IMG/VR virus record: IMGVR_UViG_3300022696_000117
Coordinates: 18,156-82,155 of that record
DNA: 64,000 nucleotides
Direction: 5' to 3' (one strand)
Source: a virus
Below, piece after piece: positions 56,349 through 64,000 of the stretch. The first letter of the stretch is position 1. The number at the start of each line of letters is the position of its first letter. The position numbers were made by a program, and so were the translations under genes. The notes under the pieces were generated by a model. The model did no database searches, had not been told where the DNA came from, and was given only the letters and a program-made list of their open reading frames with translations.

Positions 56349-57968
56349 CTATTCCATACCTTCCACGGTAGATTCCTGGGCTTCCCGCTCCACCAGCTGT
56401 TCGTCAGACGGCTCGGCCTCCAGCTTTTCCTGCATGGCTTCCTGATCGATGGTGAGAGCAAGGTCCGGATACTGGTTGTCCTCAACCGCTTTCCTGAGCC
56501 GCATGGTATGGTAGTTGCCGATACCAAGCTGCTTGGCCAGCCGTCCCTGGGGAAGCCCGGCGCCCTCCGCGAGAGAGGCATGCTTGACGCCGTAGACGGC
56601 CCGGACCCTGGACTCAAGGTCGATGGATTCCGAAACCGGAAAGGAGATCTCAAGAAAGTGTTCGGGCGGTTTGCTAACCTGTCGAAGGATCGGCTCCTTG
56701 TTCTGGTCCCAACCGACGCAGACGTTTTTCACGAAGGTCTCCGGCATGAAGCCGACCTTGGAGCGAAGAAAGAACACCGCTGACCAGAAGTCGTGCCTGA
56801 GGAACCGCTCGAAATATGCGATCTCGTCCGATGTTCGGTCCGACATGGGCCCCCGGGATGCCTTGACGGAGGCGAAGGTCCCGGAGGCTCGGCCGGTCAT
56901 GACGTCGGAAGGCTCGTTGAGACCGGATGAAACCATGTCGAGAATGTCGGTGTCCTGGCCGGACAGGGAGGGGAGGTTGGGATTTTTGACTTCGCATTTC
57001 ATGCCCGGGGGAAGAACAAGCTTCTGCCCCGGAGCGATCGGTTGGCCGATGGCGGTCTTCTTCTTTTCCTCATCGGGCAGGGAAACCCACTTACGGAACG
57101 AGGCAAGATCCTCGAACGAAAAGACCCAGGCGTAGGCGCCGGCTGATTTCTTGTGGTCGATCTCATATTGCTTCAACCGCTCGTAGTGGTTCAGCCATTT
57201 GATGGTGGTCTGGAGATAGGCCGTGGCCCTTCGGGTCATAAGGCCCTTGTCCCACGCGACGATGAACGAGCAGTAGCCCTTGAGCTTTGAGTAGCCGTAG
57301 CCACCGAAAGCGGCCTGCTGTTCCTGGATGTTGAAATCGGGATGGGTCTGCGCGTCTTCGAGGAGGGACGGGTATCGGGCGATAAAGATGGAGGGGATCT
57401 GCTCCCGGACCTGGCCCTTGCCCCGGTCGTTATAACTTATGTTATAGAACAGGGGCATCGTGGTCTTGCGGGAATGATATATGACGCCGGTGCCGTCGTC
57501 GCCGCCATCCTTGATCGCGGACGGATCGACGAAGTCCACCTCGACAAAGCCGTCTTTCTTGTGGACGGTGAGACGCTGGAAAAGCTCGCCTTCGATTTCA
57601 TGCCGGCCGACATACTTCGGCCAGAAATCCCAAAGACGGTTCCTGTGATCGGTTTCGATTTCTTCAATGACCTGCTGGATTTCGTAAAGAGGGGAGGTGA
57701 CCTCGAATCCCCACCCTGCCATCCGGCCCATGACACCACGGATCGCGGTGTTGAGCTGCGGATTGTCGTGAAACTTGTTCCAGCATTCAGCCTGGAGGGA
57801 CTCACGGTTCTGAGGTGTGGTTTTGGAGGTGCCGCGGGAAAGGGGGAACCCGTCCTCGTCGGTAAGGACGGGTTCTGTGGGCAGGAGCTGGAACTGCATT
57901 TGACGGAGGAGGTCGTCAGGTATGGAGGCGACTGCGTCGGCTAATTTTTCGGGCGGCAAGCCTGTCAT
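56349..57968 (-). CDS. Portal protein
   Basis: 539 aa, first gene of the head operon; NPQLNTAI...GWGF, IEGELF, LVLPPGMK, GTFASVK. Confidence 0.8.
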   Translation of the reverse strand: MTGLPPEKLADAVASIPDDLLRQMQFQLLPTEPVLTDEDGFPLSRGTSKTTPQNRESLQAECWNKFHDNPQLNTAIRGVMGRMAGWGFEVTSPLYEIQQVIEEIETDHRNRLWDFWPKYVGRHEIEGELFQRLTVHKKDGFVEVDFVDPSAIKDGGDDGTGVIYHSRKTTMPLFYNISYNDRGKGQVREQIPSIFIARYPSLLEDAQTHPDFNIQEQQAAFGGYGYSKLKGYCSFIVAWDKGLMTRRATAYLQTTIKWLNHYERLKQYEIDHKKSAGAYAWVFSFEDLASFRKWVSLPDEEKKKTAIGQPIAPGQKLVLPPGMKCEVKNPNLPSLSGQDTDILDMVSSGLNEPSDVMTGRASGTFASVKASRGPMSDRTSDEIAYFERFLRHDFWSAVFFLRSKVGFMPETFVKNVCVGWDQNKEPILRQVSKPPEHFLEISFPVSESIDLESRVRAVYGVKHASLAEGAGLPQGRLAKQLGIGNYHTMRLRKAVEDNQYPDLALTIDQEAMQEKLEAEPSDEQLVEREAQESTVEGME

Positions 57969-58000
57969 TGAAAATCTCGATAAGCATTATAGATTATGCC

Positions 58001-58053
58001 TATTTACATACCGAGAGAATGTTATGTCAAGTTAAATTTTCCCGTTTGGGGAA
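58001..58053 (-). promoter_or_regulatory. Candidate late promoter (TTGACA at 58025-58030) with adjacent operator TTTCCCGTTTGGGGAA (58038-58053)
   Basis: Perfect -35; AT-rich -10 region; upstream of the portal. Confidence 0.55.
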
Positions 58054-58097
58054 AAATGTGGAAGGATATGGGGCGGGTGTGCGCGTGCGTAGGAAAC

Positions 58098-58130
58098 AAA
58101 AAAAGGCCCTATCCGGGGCAGGATAGGGCC
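58098..58130 (-). terminator. Intrinsic terminator 2
   Basis: GGCCCTATCC/GGATAGGGCC 10-bp stem plus T7. Confidence 0.85.
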
Positions 58131-58176
58131 AAAACAAAAAAAGCCCCCTGCCGCATGGGAAACGACAGGGGGCTTT
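58131..58176 (-). terminator. Intrinsic terminator 1
   Basis: AAAGCCCCCTG/CAGGGGGCTTT stem plus T-tract. Confidence 0.85.
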
Positions 58177-58210
58177 AGCCAAGGAAAACCATGACCAGCG
58201 AACAGGTCAT
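58134..58210 (-). ncRNA. Candidate ~75-nt small RNA carrying an anti-RBS sequence
   Basis: Promoter TTGACA-N17-TACCAT (58243-58215) directly upstream and a terminator directly downstream; contains UGGUCAUGGUUUUCCUUGG. Confidence 0.55.
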
Positions 58211-58249
58211 GGTGATGGTATATTCGTGGTGCTATGATGTCAAGGTGTT

Positions 58250-58474
58250 TTAAATACCAAGACCGCGGATGTCGCCAGCCAAACTTTCCCCGTTGGTTTC
58301 AATCGCTCTCTCCAAGACGCTCTCGATAACGGTGTCGCTTACACTTGACTCGCAGTCCTCCGGAGCAGGATATCTGCCCACAATGTCGAGCGCGTCTTGC
58401 CAGTCGGACCAGGACGCTTCATTGATCTCATTGTTGTCTTCGACAGCTGATATCAAATACCTGAGCTTTTCCAT
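58250..58474 (-). CDS. Small acidic protein
   Basis: GGAGG SD; TAATG coupling. Confidence 0.6.
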   Translation of the reverse strand: MEKLRYLISAVEDNNEINEASWSDWQDALDIVGRYPAPEDCESSVSDTVIESVLERAIETNGESLAGDIRGLGI

Positions 58475-58671
58475 TAAGCCTCCTCTTCGGTGACCGATAT
58501 GTATTCGGCTATGCTTATCGGATCGATATCGAGAGCACCGCTTCCCCAAAACATGTACGCCTCGGTATCCGTGATTACCTTGCTCCCGTTGCGCCAGTAT
58601 AGGAGCTTGAGCTTGGTGGGGTCGTACTTGTCTCCTTGGTTTCTCCTTTCAGTCCGACTCAAAATATCCAT
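58474..58671 (-). CDS. Small hypothetical protein
   Basis: Operon packing. Confidence 0.5.
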   Translation of the reverse strand: MDILSRTERRNQGDKYDPTKLKLLYWRNGSKVITDTEAYMFWGSGALDIDPISIAEYISVTEEEA

Positions 58672-58846
58672 TCGTGTGGATCACCGGGCACATCCCGCAT
58701 TTGCAGTTCGCTTTGTGTGCGCTGATTACCCATTTACCATTTCCGTTTTCGATTGCCGTTGCACCAGGCCAGCCAGTCTTTCTGAAACTCTGCGCCTGGG
58801 CGTCTGCATCTTCCTTGCTGGTATAGATTTGTACTGTGGACAACAT
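58649..58846 (-). CDS. Small hypothetical protein
   Basis: AAGGAGG SD. Confidence 0.6.
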   Translation of the reverse strand: MLSTVQIYTSKEDADAQAQSFRKTGWPGATAIENGNGKWVISAHKANCKCGMCPVIHTNGYFESD

Positions 58847-58976
58847 GATTTCCTCCTTGACTCCCCACGAAGCGGATGGTACTTAGAGTCCAGCCGCTTG
58901 TCGTGGGGATGGTTCGTTTTGAATGACCGTAAGCATTCGTTAACGGGCGTTTACCCTACAATGGCGGCTTCCCCTT

Positions 58977-59291
58977 TCAAGCATCCTCCACGCTGTCTGC
59001 GAAGTGGGTTTCGATTTCTTCGGTGAAGCCATATTTTTCCAGCCAACTCAAAGCTTCGCCGTGTGACAGAACCCTCCATCCTGAGCCGCCACCACGGCCG
59101 TTGTCTCCGACTGGCTGGCTGTATCCGGTCATGGCCCCGCCTTCTCCGAAAACAAAATACTTTCCCTTCTGGGTCCGATAGAGAGTTTCCTCGTACCACT
59201 TGAACTCCCCATCAGGGTAGCCGTTATCATAGTGTGCAATCTCGTCCGCCGTCTCAGTGTCATACCGTTTGCCATCAATAATCTTTTTCAT
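58977..59291 (-). CDS. Conserved small acidic phage protein
   Basis: MKKIIDGKRYDTETA...ETLYRTQKGKYF..GEGG pattern; AAGGAG SD. Confidence 0.75.
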   Translation of the reverse strand: MKKIIDGKRYDTETADEIAHYDNGYPDGEFKWYEETLYRTQKGKYFVFGEGGAMTGYSQPVGDNGRGGGSGWRVLSHGEALSWLEKYGFTEEIETHFADSVEDA

Positions 59292-59481
59292 TTTTGCTCC
59301 TTTCAGGTTTGATTTTTCTCCCCCAACAGTCTACCTCCACTGGTCCGCATCCCTCGCAGACCGCAAAGGCCGTCCGCCGGAAGAGATAGTATTCGATCAC
59401 GCCGACCTCGCCGGCCAACCCCGGCCGTTCACCCAGGGCCGCGGCGCAGTCGGCGCAGAACTCAGCCATTGCCGGGTTCAA
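59275..59481 (-). CDS. Small Cys-rich protein
   Basis: FCADC...CEGCG...VDCWG. Confidence 0.55.
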   Translation of the reverse strand: MNPAMAEFCADCAAALGERPGLAGEVGVIEYYLFRRTAFAVCEGCGPVEVDCWGRKIKPERSKNEKDY

Positions 59482-59788
59482 AGAATCGGGCCAGGCCCCA
59501 GACGGTGAAGTTCGTTCCGTATGGTCGGATCTTTATCTTCTCGCTGGTCAGCCGGCGCTCAAGAACCTGGACCTTGGTGCCCTCCGGGAGGGTGATAACG
59601 ACCTTCTCCACGATCAGCTCGGTCAGAGCTTCATAATCCTTGGCCTCAACCAGGGACAACACATGGTCCAGCACCTTTTCGGTTGGGGCCACCAGGCAAC
59701 TGGTGCCATTTACATACAAAGGCTCCTCAGCCGCGGCCGCACCGGCCAACGACATCCATACCACAACGCACATCACCATCTTTTGCAT
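59462..59788 (-). CDS. Secreted SH3-like protein
   Basis: Signal peptide ...SLAGAAAA|EE; LPEGTKVQVLE...IKIR...VW. Confidence 0.6.
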   Translation of the reverse strand: MQKMVMCVVVWMSLAGAAAAEEPLYVNGTSCLVAPTEKVLDHVLSLVEAKDYEALTELIVEKVVITLPEGTKVQVLERRLTSEKIKIRPYGTNFTVWGLARFFEPGNG

Positions 59789-59799
59789 ATCTCCTCCTT

Positions 59800-60675
59800 T
59801 TAGTTCGCCCACCCGAGCCCGTCCGAGACTCGCTTTCTCAGCATATCCTCGGTGGGGTGCAGGTAGACCTTTTCGATTATATCCCTCGAATCGCCCAACA
59901 GAAAGGCGATATCCTCCAGCCGCATCTCGGCATCGTAGAACAGCTTTGTCGCCACGAAATGCCTGAACACATGGGTGAGACGCCCGGGCTCCTTCAGCCC
60001 GAGTTCCTTCAGCATGTAATCTATCAGGGCTTTGATCCGTGGGGCCTCGATGTTAAACAGCTTCCTGTCCGGATCTTCGAACAACTCCTCCTTGGATTCA
60101 AGGTATCGCCTCATAAGATCCCTCGTGATCGGGTTCACAAAAACATGCCGGCAGGTCGTTTTCGAGATGCCGATGTAGATCGAGCGCTTCTCGACGTTCA
60201 CGTCCCGGACCTTGATGCTTGCGATCTCACGAACCCGGCAGCCGGTCTCGGCCAGGAGCCGGACGATCAGGTGATTGCGGTCATGGTGGTTCGGGAACTC
60301 GAATTCCATGCACCGCTTCACGTCTTCTTCGGTGAGCCACCGCCGTACCTGCTTCTGCCGATACTGATGCTGTTCGGCATTGGTGATGCGGTAGGTGAAT
60401 CCTTTGACCGGGCTGCCGGTCTTCGCCATCATCATACGAATGACGTTGCAATAATACTGGATGGTCTTCCCGGAAACTCCCCGGGTCGACTGAGTGAACC
60501 TTATGAACGCCTCGGTGTGGTCCACCAAGGACTTGTCCAGGTGGCGCACACCCGCCGAATCGCAGTATCGGACCAGGGCGTCCAGCGCATATCCATATGT
60601 GTCTCTGGTGGTCTTGGCCAGGCCCCGGATATCGGGACTGTTCAGGAACCTCTTAATCCTCTGTCTCGGTGTCAT
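59800..60675 (-). CDS. Second tyrosine recombinase (Xer-like, no arm-binding domain)
   Basis: ETGCRVREI, SKT, HVFRH, LLGD, KVY; GGAGG SD before ATG at 60675. Confidence 0.85.
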   Translation of the reverse strand: MTPRQRIKRFLNSPDIRGLAKTTRDTYGYALDALVRYCDSAGVRHLDKSLVDHTEAFIRFTQSTRGVSGKTIQYYCNVIRMMMAKTGSPVKGFTYRITNAEQHQYRQKQVRRWLTEEDVKRCMEFEFPNHHDRNHLIVRLLAETGCRVREIASIKVRDVNVEKRSIYIGISKTTCRHVFVNPITRDLMRRYLESKEELFEDPDRKLFNIEAPRIKALIDYMLKELGLKEPGRLTHVFRHFVATKLFYDAEMRLEDIAFLLGDSRDIIEKVYLHPTEDMLRKRVSDGLGWAN

Positions 60676-61096
60676 CGTCAGCCTCCGAAAATATGTTCCG
60701 GATGGTATCCGGATCGCCTCCGAGGGCCTCGAAGAACGAGGCGATCTTCTCGACACAGGGGCCGCAGACCGGATCGACACCCACGGTGAACGGATGCCCG
60801 CCTGCGTTCAGGGCCTGGTCGCAGAAGTAGCAGTCTCCTCGGGAAGCGTTGTATTTATCGTTTATTTCCTGGAAGTAATCGACCCCTTCGGTCAGTTCGA
60901 CCAGGTCGAAGTCCCCCTTGCCTACGGTGCCGAGTCCCTCATCCACCTGCATGAGGATGGAGGCCCCGATGAATGAGATGATCTTCTGTCTCATGTCGTC
61001 AGGCAGTCCGGCCAAATGATCGATGGCCTGGACCAGGACCGGGTCCTCCTTCTCGGCTTTCCGCTGGAACAGATCGATTATCTTTTTGTCCACCAT
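60653..61096 (-). CDS. Hypothetical protein with two CxxC motifs
   Basis: CYFC...CGPC; AGGAG SD. Confidence 0.6.
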   Translation of the reverse strand: MVDKKIIDLFQRKAEKEDPVLVQAIDHLAGLPDDMRQKIISFIGASILMQVDEGLGTVGKGDFDLVELTEGVDYFQEINDKYNASRGDCYFCDQALNAGGHPFTVGVDPVCGPCVEKIASFFEALGGDPDTIRNIFSEADDDTETED

Positions 61097-61164
61097 TTCG
61101 GCTCCTGTTGTTGTTATAATATCAGCCTCCTTTCTATTTTTTCTTTCGCTTTAGCGCAAGACTT

Positions 61165-61509
61165 TTATGGGTTATTGGAGCGTACCGTGATAATTGCCGG
61201 GTTTAAAACACCATCGGAATCCTCCTGGCCAGTGGCCTTTCCGACGTCTCTGTTCCATGCCTTCCTGAACTCCTCTCCCCGGCTATGGCAGTGGGACACC
61301 ATCTGCGCTACGCATCCGGCCATGAAGCCCGTAATGCCACCGGTCTGAGCATCTTCGTCAGCACGGCGAATTATCTCATGAAGGTCAAAACCCTCTTCTT
61401 CGTCGAGGATTTCCATGACTCTCCTGGCAACATCAATGCAAGCCTTCCCATACGGGTCTTCGTTTGCCTTGACCCACGACTCCCAATCTTCCTGTTTGAC
61501 TATCGGCAT
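61165..61509 (-). CDS. Conserved phage hypothetical protein
   Basis: NEDPYG...GITGFMAGCV....HSRGEEFRKAWN...GVLNPAI. Confidence 0.65.
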   Translation of the reverse strand: MPIVKQEDWESWVKANEDPYGKACIDVARRVMEILDEEEGFDLHEIIRRADEDAQTGGITGFMAGCVAQMVSHCHSRGEEFRKAWNRDVGKATGQEDSDGVLNPAIITVRSNNP

Positions 61510-61527
61510 TTCTCTCTCCTTACGTTA

Positions 61528-61728
61528 TTAGTTATGTTTGCGGTCACTGCCCACAGAAAGCTTCTCCCTCACATAATGCGTGAAACAGCTTTCGCATACC
61601 AGCTTGTCGCCATGATCCTCGGTCGAATAAAAGTCAAAGCTCGGGGTGCAAAGACGAACCTTTTCGCACACACAACAGCGACATTGCTTATAACACCTGT
61701 CTTCATTTACGGTTTCAACGATGCTCAC
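61528..61728 (-). CDS. Small Cys-rich protein
   Basis: CRCCVC...C...CESC. Confidence 0.55.
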   Translation of the reverse strand: MSIVETVNEDRCYKQCRCCVCEKVRLCTPSFDFYSTEDHGDKLVCESCFTHYVREKLSVGSDRKHN

Positions 61729-62888
61729 TCCCCCACCTCGATTCTAACGGTCTCCCCGAACGGTGCTTTCCGATCGGTAGTTGCGATCCACAGCACCGGA
61801 TAGGCCGGCGCCGTGCCCGGGAAGTTGCCATACATATCCGTCAGGTAGATCAGACACGCCGGGGTGTCGCCGGATTGATCTATGTGATCGAACACCGGCC
61901 GGAAGTCGGTGCCGCCGCCGCCTTTCGCTGTCAGCTTGATGGGCAGCTCGTCCTGGGTATAGGTCTCTGTGCCCTGGACTCTGGAATCGCACCAGATCAG
62001 ATTGACGGTGCAGGCCTGGTACTCTTCCAGGATGGAGTTCAACTCACCGGCGAACTGCGAAAGCTCATCGGAGCCGACCGAACCGCTGGTGTCGATGGCC
62101 AGGGTGATCTCACCGAGTTCCAGGCTATGCAGGCTCGGCAGGATGATGCCGCCCTGGAGATATCTACGATTCGGCCTGGTCCAGTTGTAATCGTTCTTGG
62201 CGGACCGCTCGACGTAGGCTCGGAGCATTTCTCTCCAGTCGACCTTGGGAGCGAGGATTTCATCGACGAATCCTTCGAGCGCCCCCGGAAGTTTGCCGCA
62301 GGCTTTCGCGGCCTGTGCGGCCTGGCGGGTCGAGATCTTCCAGTCCTGTTCGTGTTCTTGCATTTCGGAAGGGGAGGGTTTGCCCTGGCCCTTGCCGTCC
62401 TTGTCTCCGTCTTTGCCGGGGCCGGGATAATCTCGGACTTCGCCCCACCCTCCTTCGCCGTCGCCACCGGGGCCGTCTCCATGTTTTTCGGGGAGCTTCC
62501 CGTACACGGCCTCGGTCGAAAGCCCAACGAAGTTCTGATCGAGAAGCCCGCCGGCCGGGAGCGCCATACCGCAGTCCCGAAGGACCGGGTTGATCACGTA
62601 GTCACCAGCCACGTTCCACCGTTTCGGCGCCCGCTGGCATCTGCGGGTGTGGTGGTTGCTGGCGCAGTGCATTACCTCGTGAGCGATAAAGCCCTTGACT
62701 TCGTCCAGGCTGAGGGACTCGATCCATTCCGGATTGTACCCCAGGTGGACCCCGTTCACCCATCCGGTCGGTTGAGTCGGGTCCTCCTTGAATTGAAGCT
62801 TCAGGGCCAGCGCCCCGAAGAATCGCATGTCCAGGATGAGCCCGGCCCGGGCTTTTGTCATTTTGTCTTTTGCTGTGGGGTTGTTCAT
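61725..62888 (-). CDS. DUF2201-type metallopeptidase + VWA domain protein
   Basis: AHEVMH (HExxH), WNVAGDYVIN, MIDAS DTSGS, GGGTDFRPVF, YLTD. Confidence 0.9.
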   Translation of the reverse strand: MNNPTAKDKMTKARAGLILDMRFFGALALKLQFKEDPTQPTGWVNGVHLGYNPEWIESLSLDEVKGFIAHEVMHCASNHHTRRCQRAPKRWNVAGDYVINPVLRDCGMALPAGGLLDQNFVGLSTEAVYGKLPEKHGDGPGGDGEGGWGEVRDYPGPGKDGDKDGKGQGKPSPSEMQEHEQDWKISTRQAAQAAKACGKLPGALEGFVDEILAPKVDWREMLRAYVERSAKNDYNWTRPNRRYLQGGIILPSLHSLELGEITLAIDTSGSVGSDELSQFAGELNSILEEYQACTVNLIWCDSRVQGTETYTQDELPIKLTAKGGGGTDFRPVFDHIDQSGDTPACLIYLTDMYGNFPGTAPAYPVLWIATTDRKAPFGETVRIEVGE

Positions 62889-63160
62889 GATTTTTTCTCC
62901 CTTCTGATTTTGGCCTCGATGGCTTCGACGTCGTCCTCATAAAAGCACCGGCTTTTCCTGAAATCTTCGTCACCCTCCTCGTCAACCAAGCAGCCGTGAC
63001 TTGCTTCGGCCCAATAAATTTCGTATCCGCAGACATCAAACTTTCCTGAATACAGCGGAGCGGTGCTCCTGGCCTTCACGATCGCGTCTTCCTGCGAATC
63101 AGCCTCGACTCCGGCAACCTTGACTACGAATTCCTCATAAAGATGAACGGTGTATTTCAT
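62885..63160 (-). CDS. Hypothetical protein
   Basis: VEADSQEDAI motif; GGAGG SD. Confidence 0.55.
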   Translation of the reverse strand: MKYTVHLYEEFVVKVAGVEADSQEDAIVKARSTAPLYSGKFDVCGYEIYWAEASHGCLVDEEGDEDFRKSRCFYEDDVEAIEAKIRREKKS

Positions 63161-63365
63161 GATACCTCCCGTCAGACCAAGCATCCAGCATGTTGGAAAT
63201 CCCGACCAGGGCATTCAGGTCCCTGCGGTCCACGACAAGCTGGATGTAGTTTTCGTTTTCCGGTTCTTTAAACTCGAGCTGCGCCAGGTCGGCCAGCTCA
63301 CCCAAGGCTTTTCGCTGTTCCTCCAGTTCTTCGAAGTCACAGTTTCCGATTACCAATATATCCAT
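63135..63365 (-). CDS. Hypothetical acidic protein
   Basis: GGAGG SD. Confidence 0.5.
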   Translation of the reverse strand: MDILVIGNCDFEELEEQRKALGELADLAQLEFKEPENENYIQLVVDRRDLNALVGISNMLDAWSDGRYHEIHRSSL

Positions 63366-63469
63366 GATCCCCTCCCTACGGCCCCGGCAATATCAGGCCA
63401 TAATGATGTGCAAAGATAATGTACCCGAACAAAACTCCGAGTACGAAAGTTACGATGTACGCGATCGCC

Positions 63470-63757
63470 TTATCTATCAAGTAGCTCCCGCAGTCTTCGT
63501 AATCCTGCGGGGCTATCATCGGCCTTCTGAACCTTGCCATTCCCAACCTCCTGGTTCGCTGTTTCAAAGTCGAGCGCCACTTCCGGGCACCCGGCGATTG
63601 CCCTTTCATGTATCCGGCCCGGGACTCCGGCCTGCCAACTGGCCTCCAGTGTCATGGCCGAAACGAACAAACCCCGCATCCGGAGGGTGTAAAGGACTTT
63701 CTTCTGGAGCGGGGTCAGTTTGAATTTCGGGGGCTCGGGCTTGCGCCGCTTTTTCAT
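63470..63757 (-). CDS. Hypothetical protein
   Basis: ATGA overlap with the upstream gene. Confidence 0.5.
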   Translation of the reverse strand: MKKRRKPEPPKFKLTPLQKKVLYTLRMRGLFVSAMTLEASWQAGVPGRIHERAIAGCPEVALDFETANQEVGNGKVQKADDSPAGLRRLRELLDR

Positions 63758-64000
63758 GCCGCCTCCTGCCCCACGTAGCCGGCCATCGCCGCCAAGATGT
63801 CGTCGGCGGATTTGGCTGCTTCCTTTCGAACGCCTTTGTCCTCCTTGATATCCCGATCTTTGTAGCCGCAGAGCTTCACCTCTACGGCCCGCCGCATATC
63901 TTCGAGTTTCGGATCGTCGGTCAAGTTCAGCTTCGGCAGGAGATCCACCAGCTCCTGAATGTTTCCGATCATGGTGCTCTGGAACCCCTGGTCGGGGATG
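63754..64000 (-). CDS. 3' end of a DUF3150-like protein (truncated by the window)
   Basis: IGNIQELVDLLPKLNLTDDPKLE...LC...VRKEAA...IL; close to the VWA gene. Confidence 0.55.
   Translation of the reverse strand, partial: IPDQGFQSTMIGNIQELVDLLPKLNLTDDPKLEDMRRAVEVKLCGYKDRDIKEDKGVRKEAAKSADDILAAMAGYVGQEAA

Noticed and set aside
61150-61545. Further attC sites after ORFs ending ...AATAACCCATAA and ...CATAACTAA
   Set aside because: TAAC is present near the stops, but no paired arms or matching GTT box follow; at most eroded remnants.

Overview
The whole window is the genome, or most of the genome, of a temperate long-tailed dsDNA phage. No host genes are visible. The 3' half of a tRNA-Arg(TCT) sits between the integrase and the terminase with phage genes on both sides, so this looks like the excised (attP) form. 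Layout: (i) 1-8.4 kb, minus strand: HTH regulator, Toprim primase-helicase, ASCH-like protein, DEDDh exonuclease, lysozyme, SSB, HNH. (ii) 8.7-20.4 kb, plus strand: HU, a Rad50/SbcC-like ATPase split into two genes, UvrD and SF2 helicases, excisionase-like HTH, a complete integron gene cassette, tyrosine integrase. (iii) attP followed by a lone plus-strand large terminase. (iv) 22.7-58 kb, minus strand: portal, protease/scaffold, decoration protein, major capsid, neck, tail tube, frameshifted chaperones, a ~3,500-aa tape measure and tail-tip genes. (v) 58-64 kb, minus strand: small accessory genes, a second tyrosine recombinase, a metallopeptidase-VWA protein. The main non-obvious signals are an intact attC cassette inside the phage, a 16-bp palindrome (CCC-N4-GGG core) repeated in intergenic regions across all modules and beside attP, and a promoter-to-terminator small RNA complementary to a ribosome-binding site 53 kb away. 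All product calls come from motif recognition by eye; no database searches were run.
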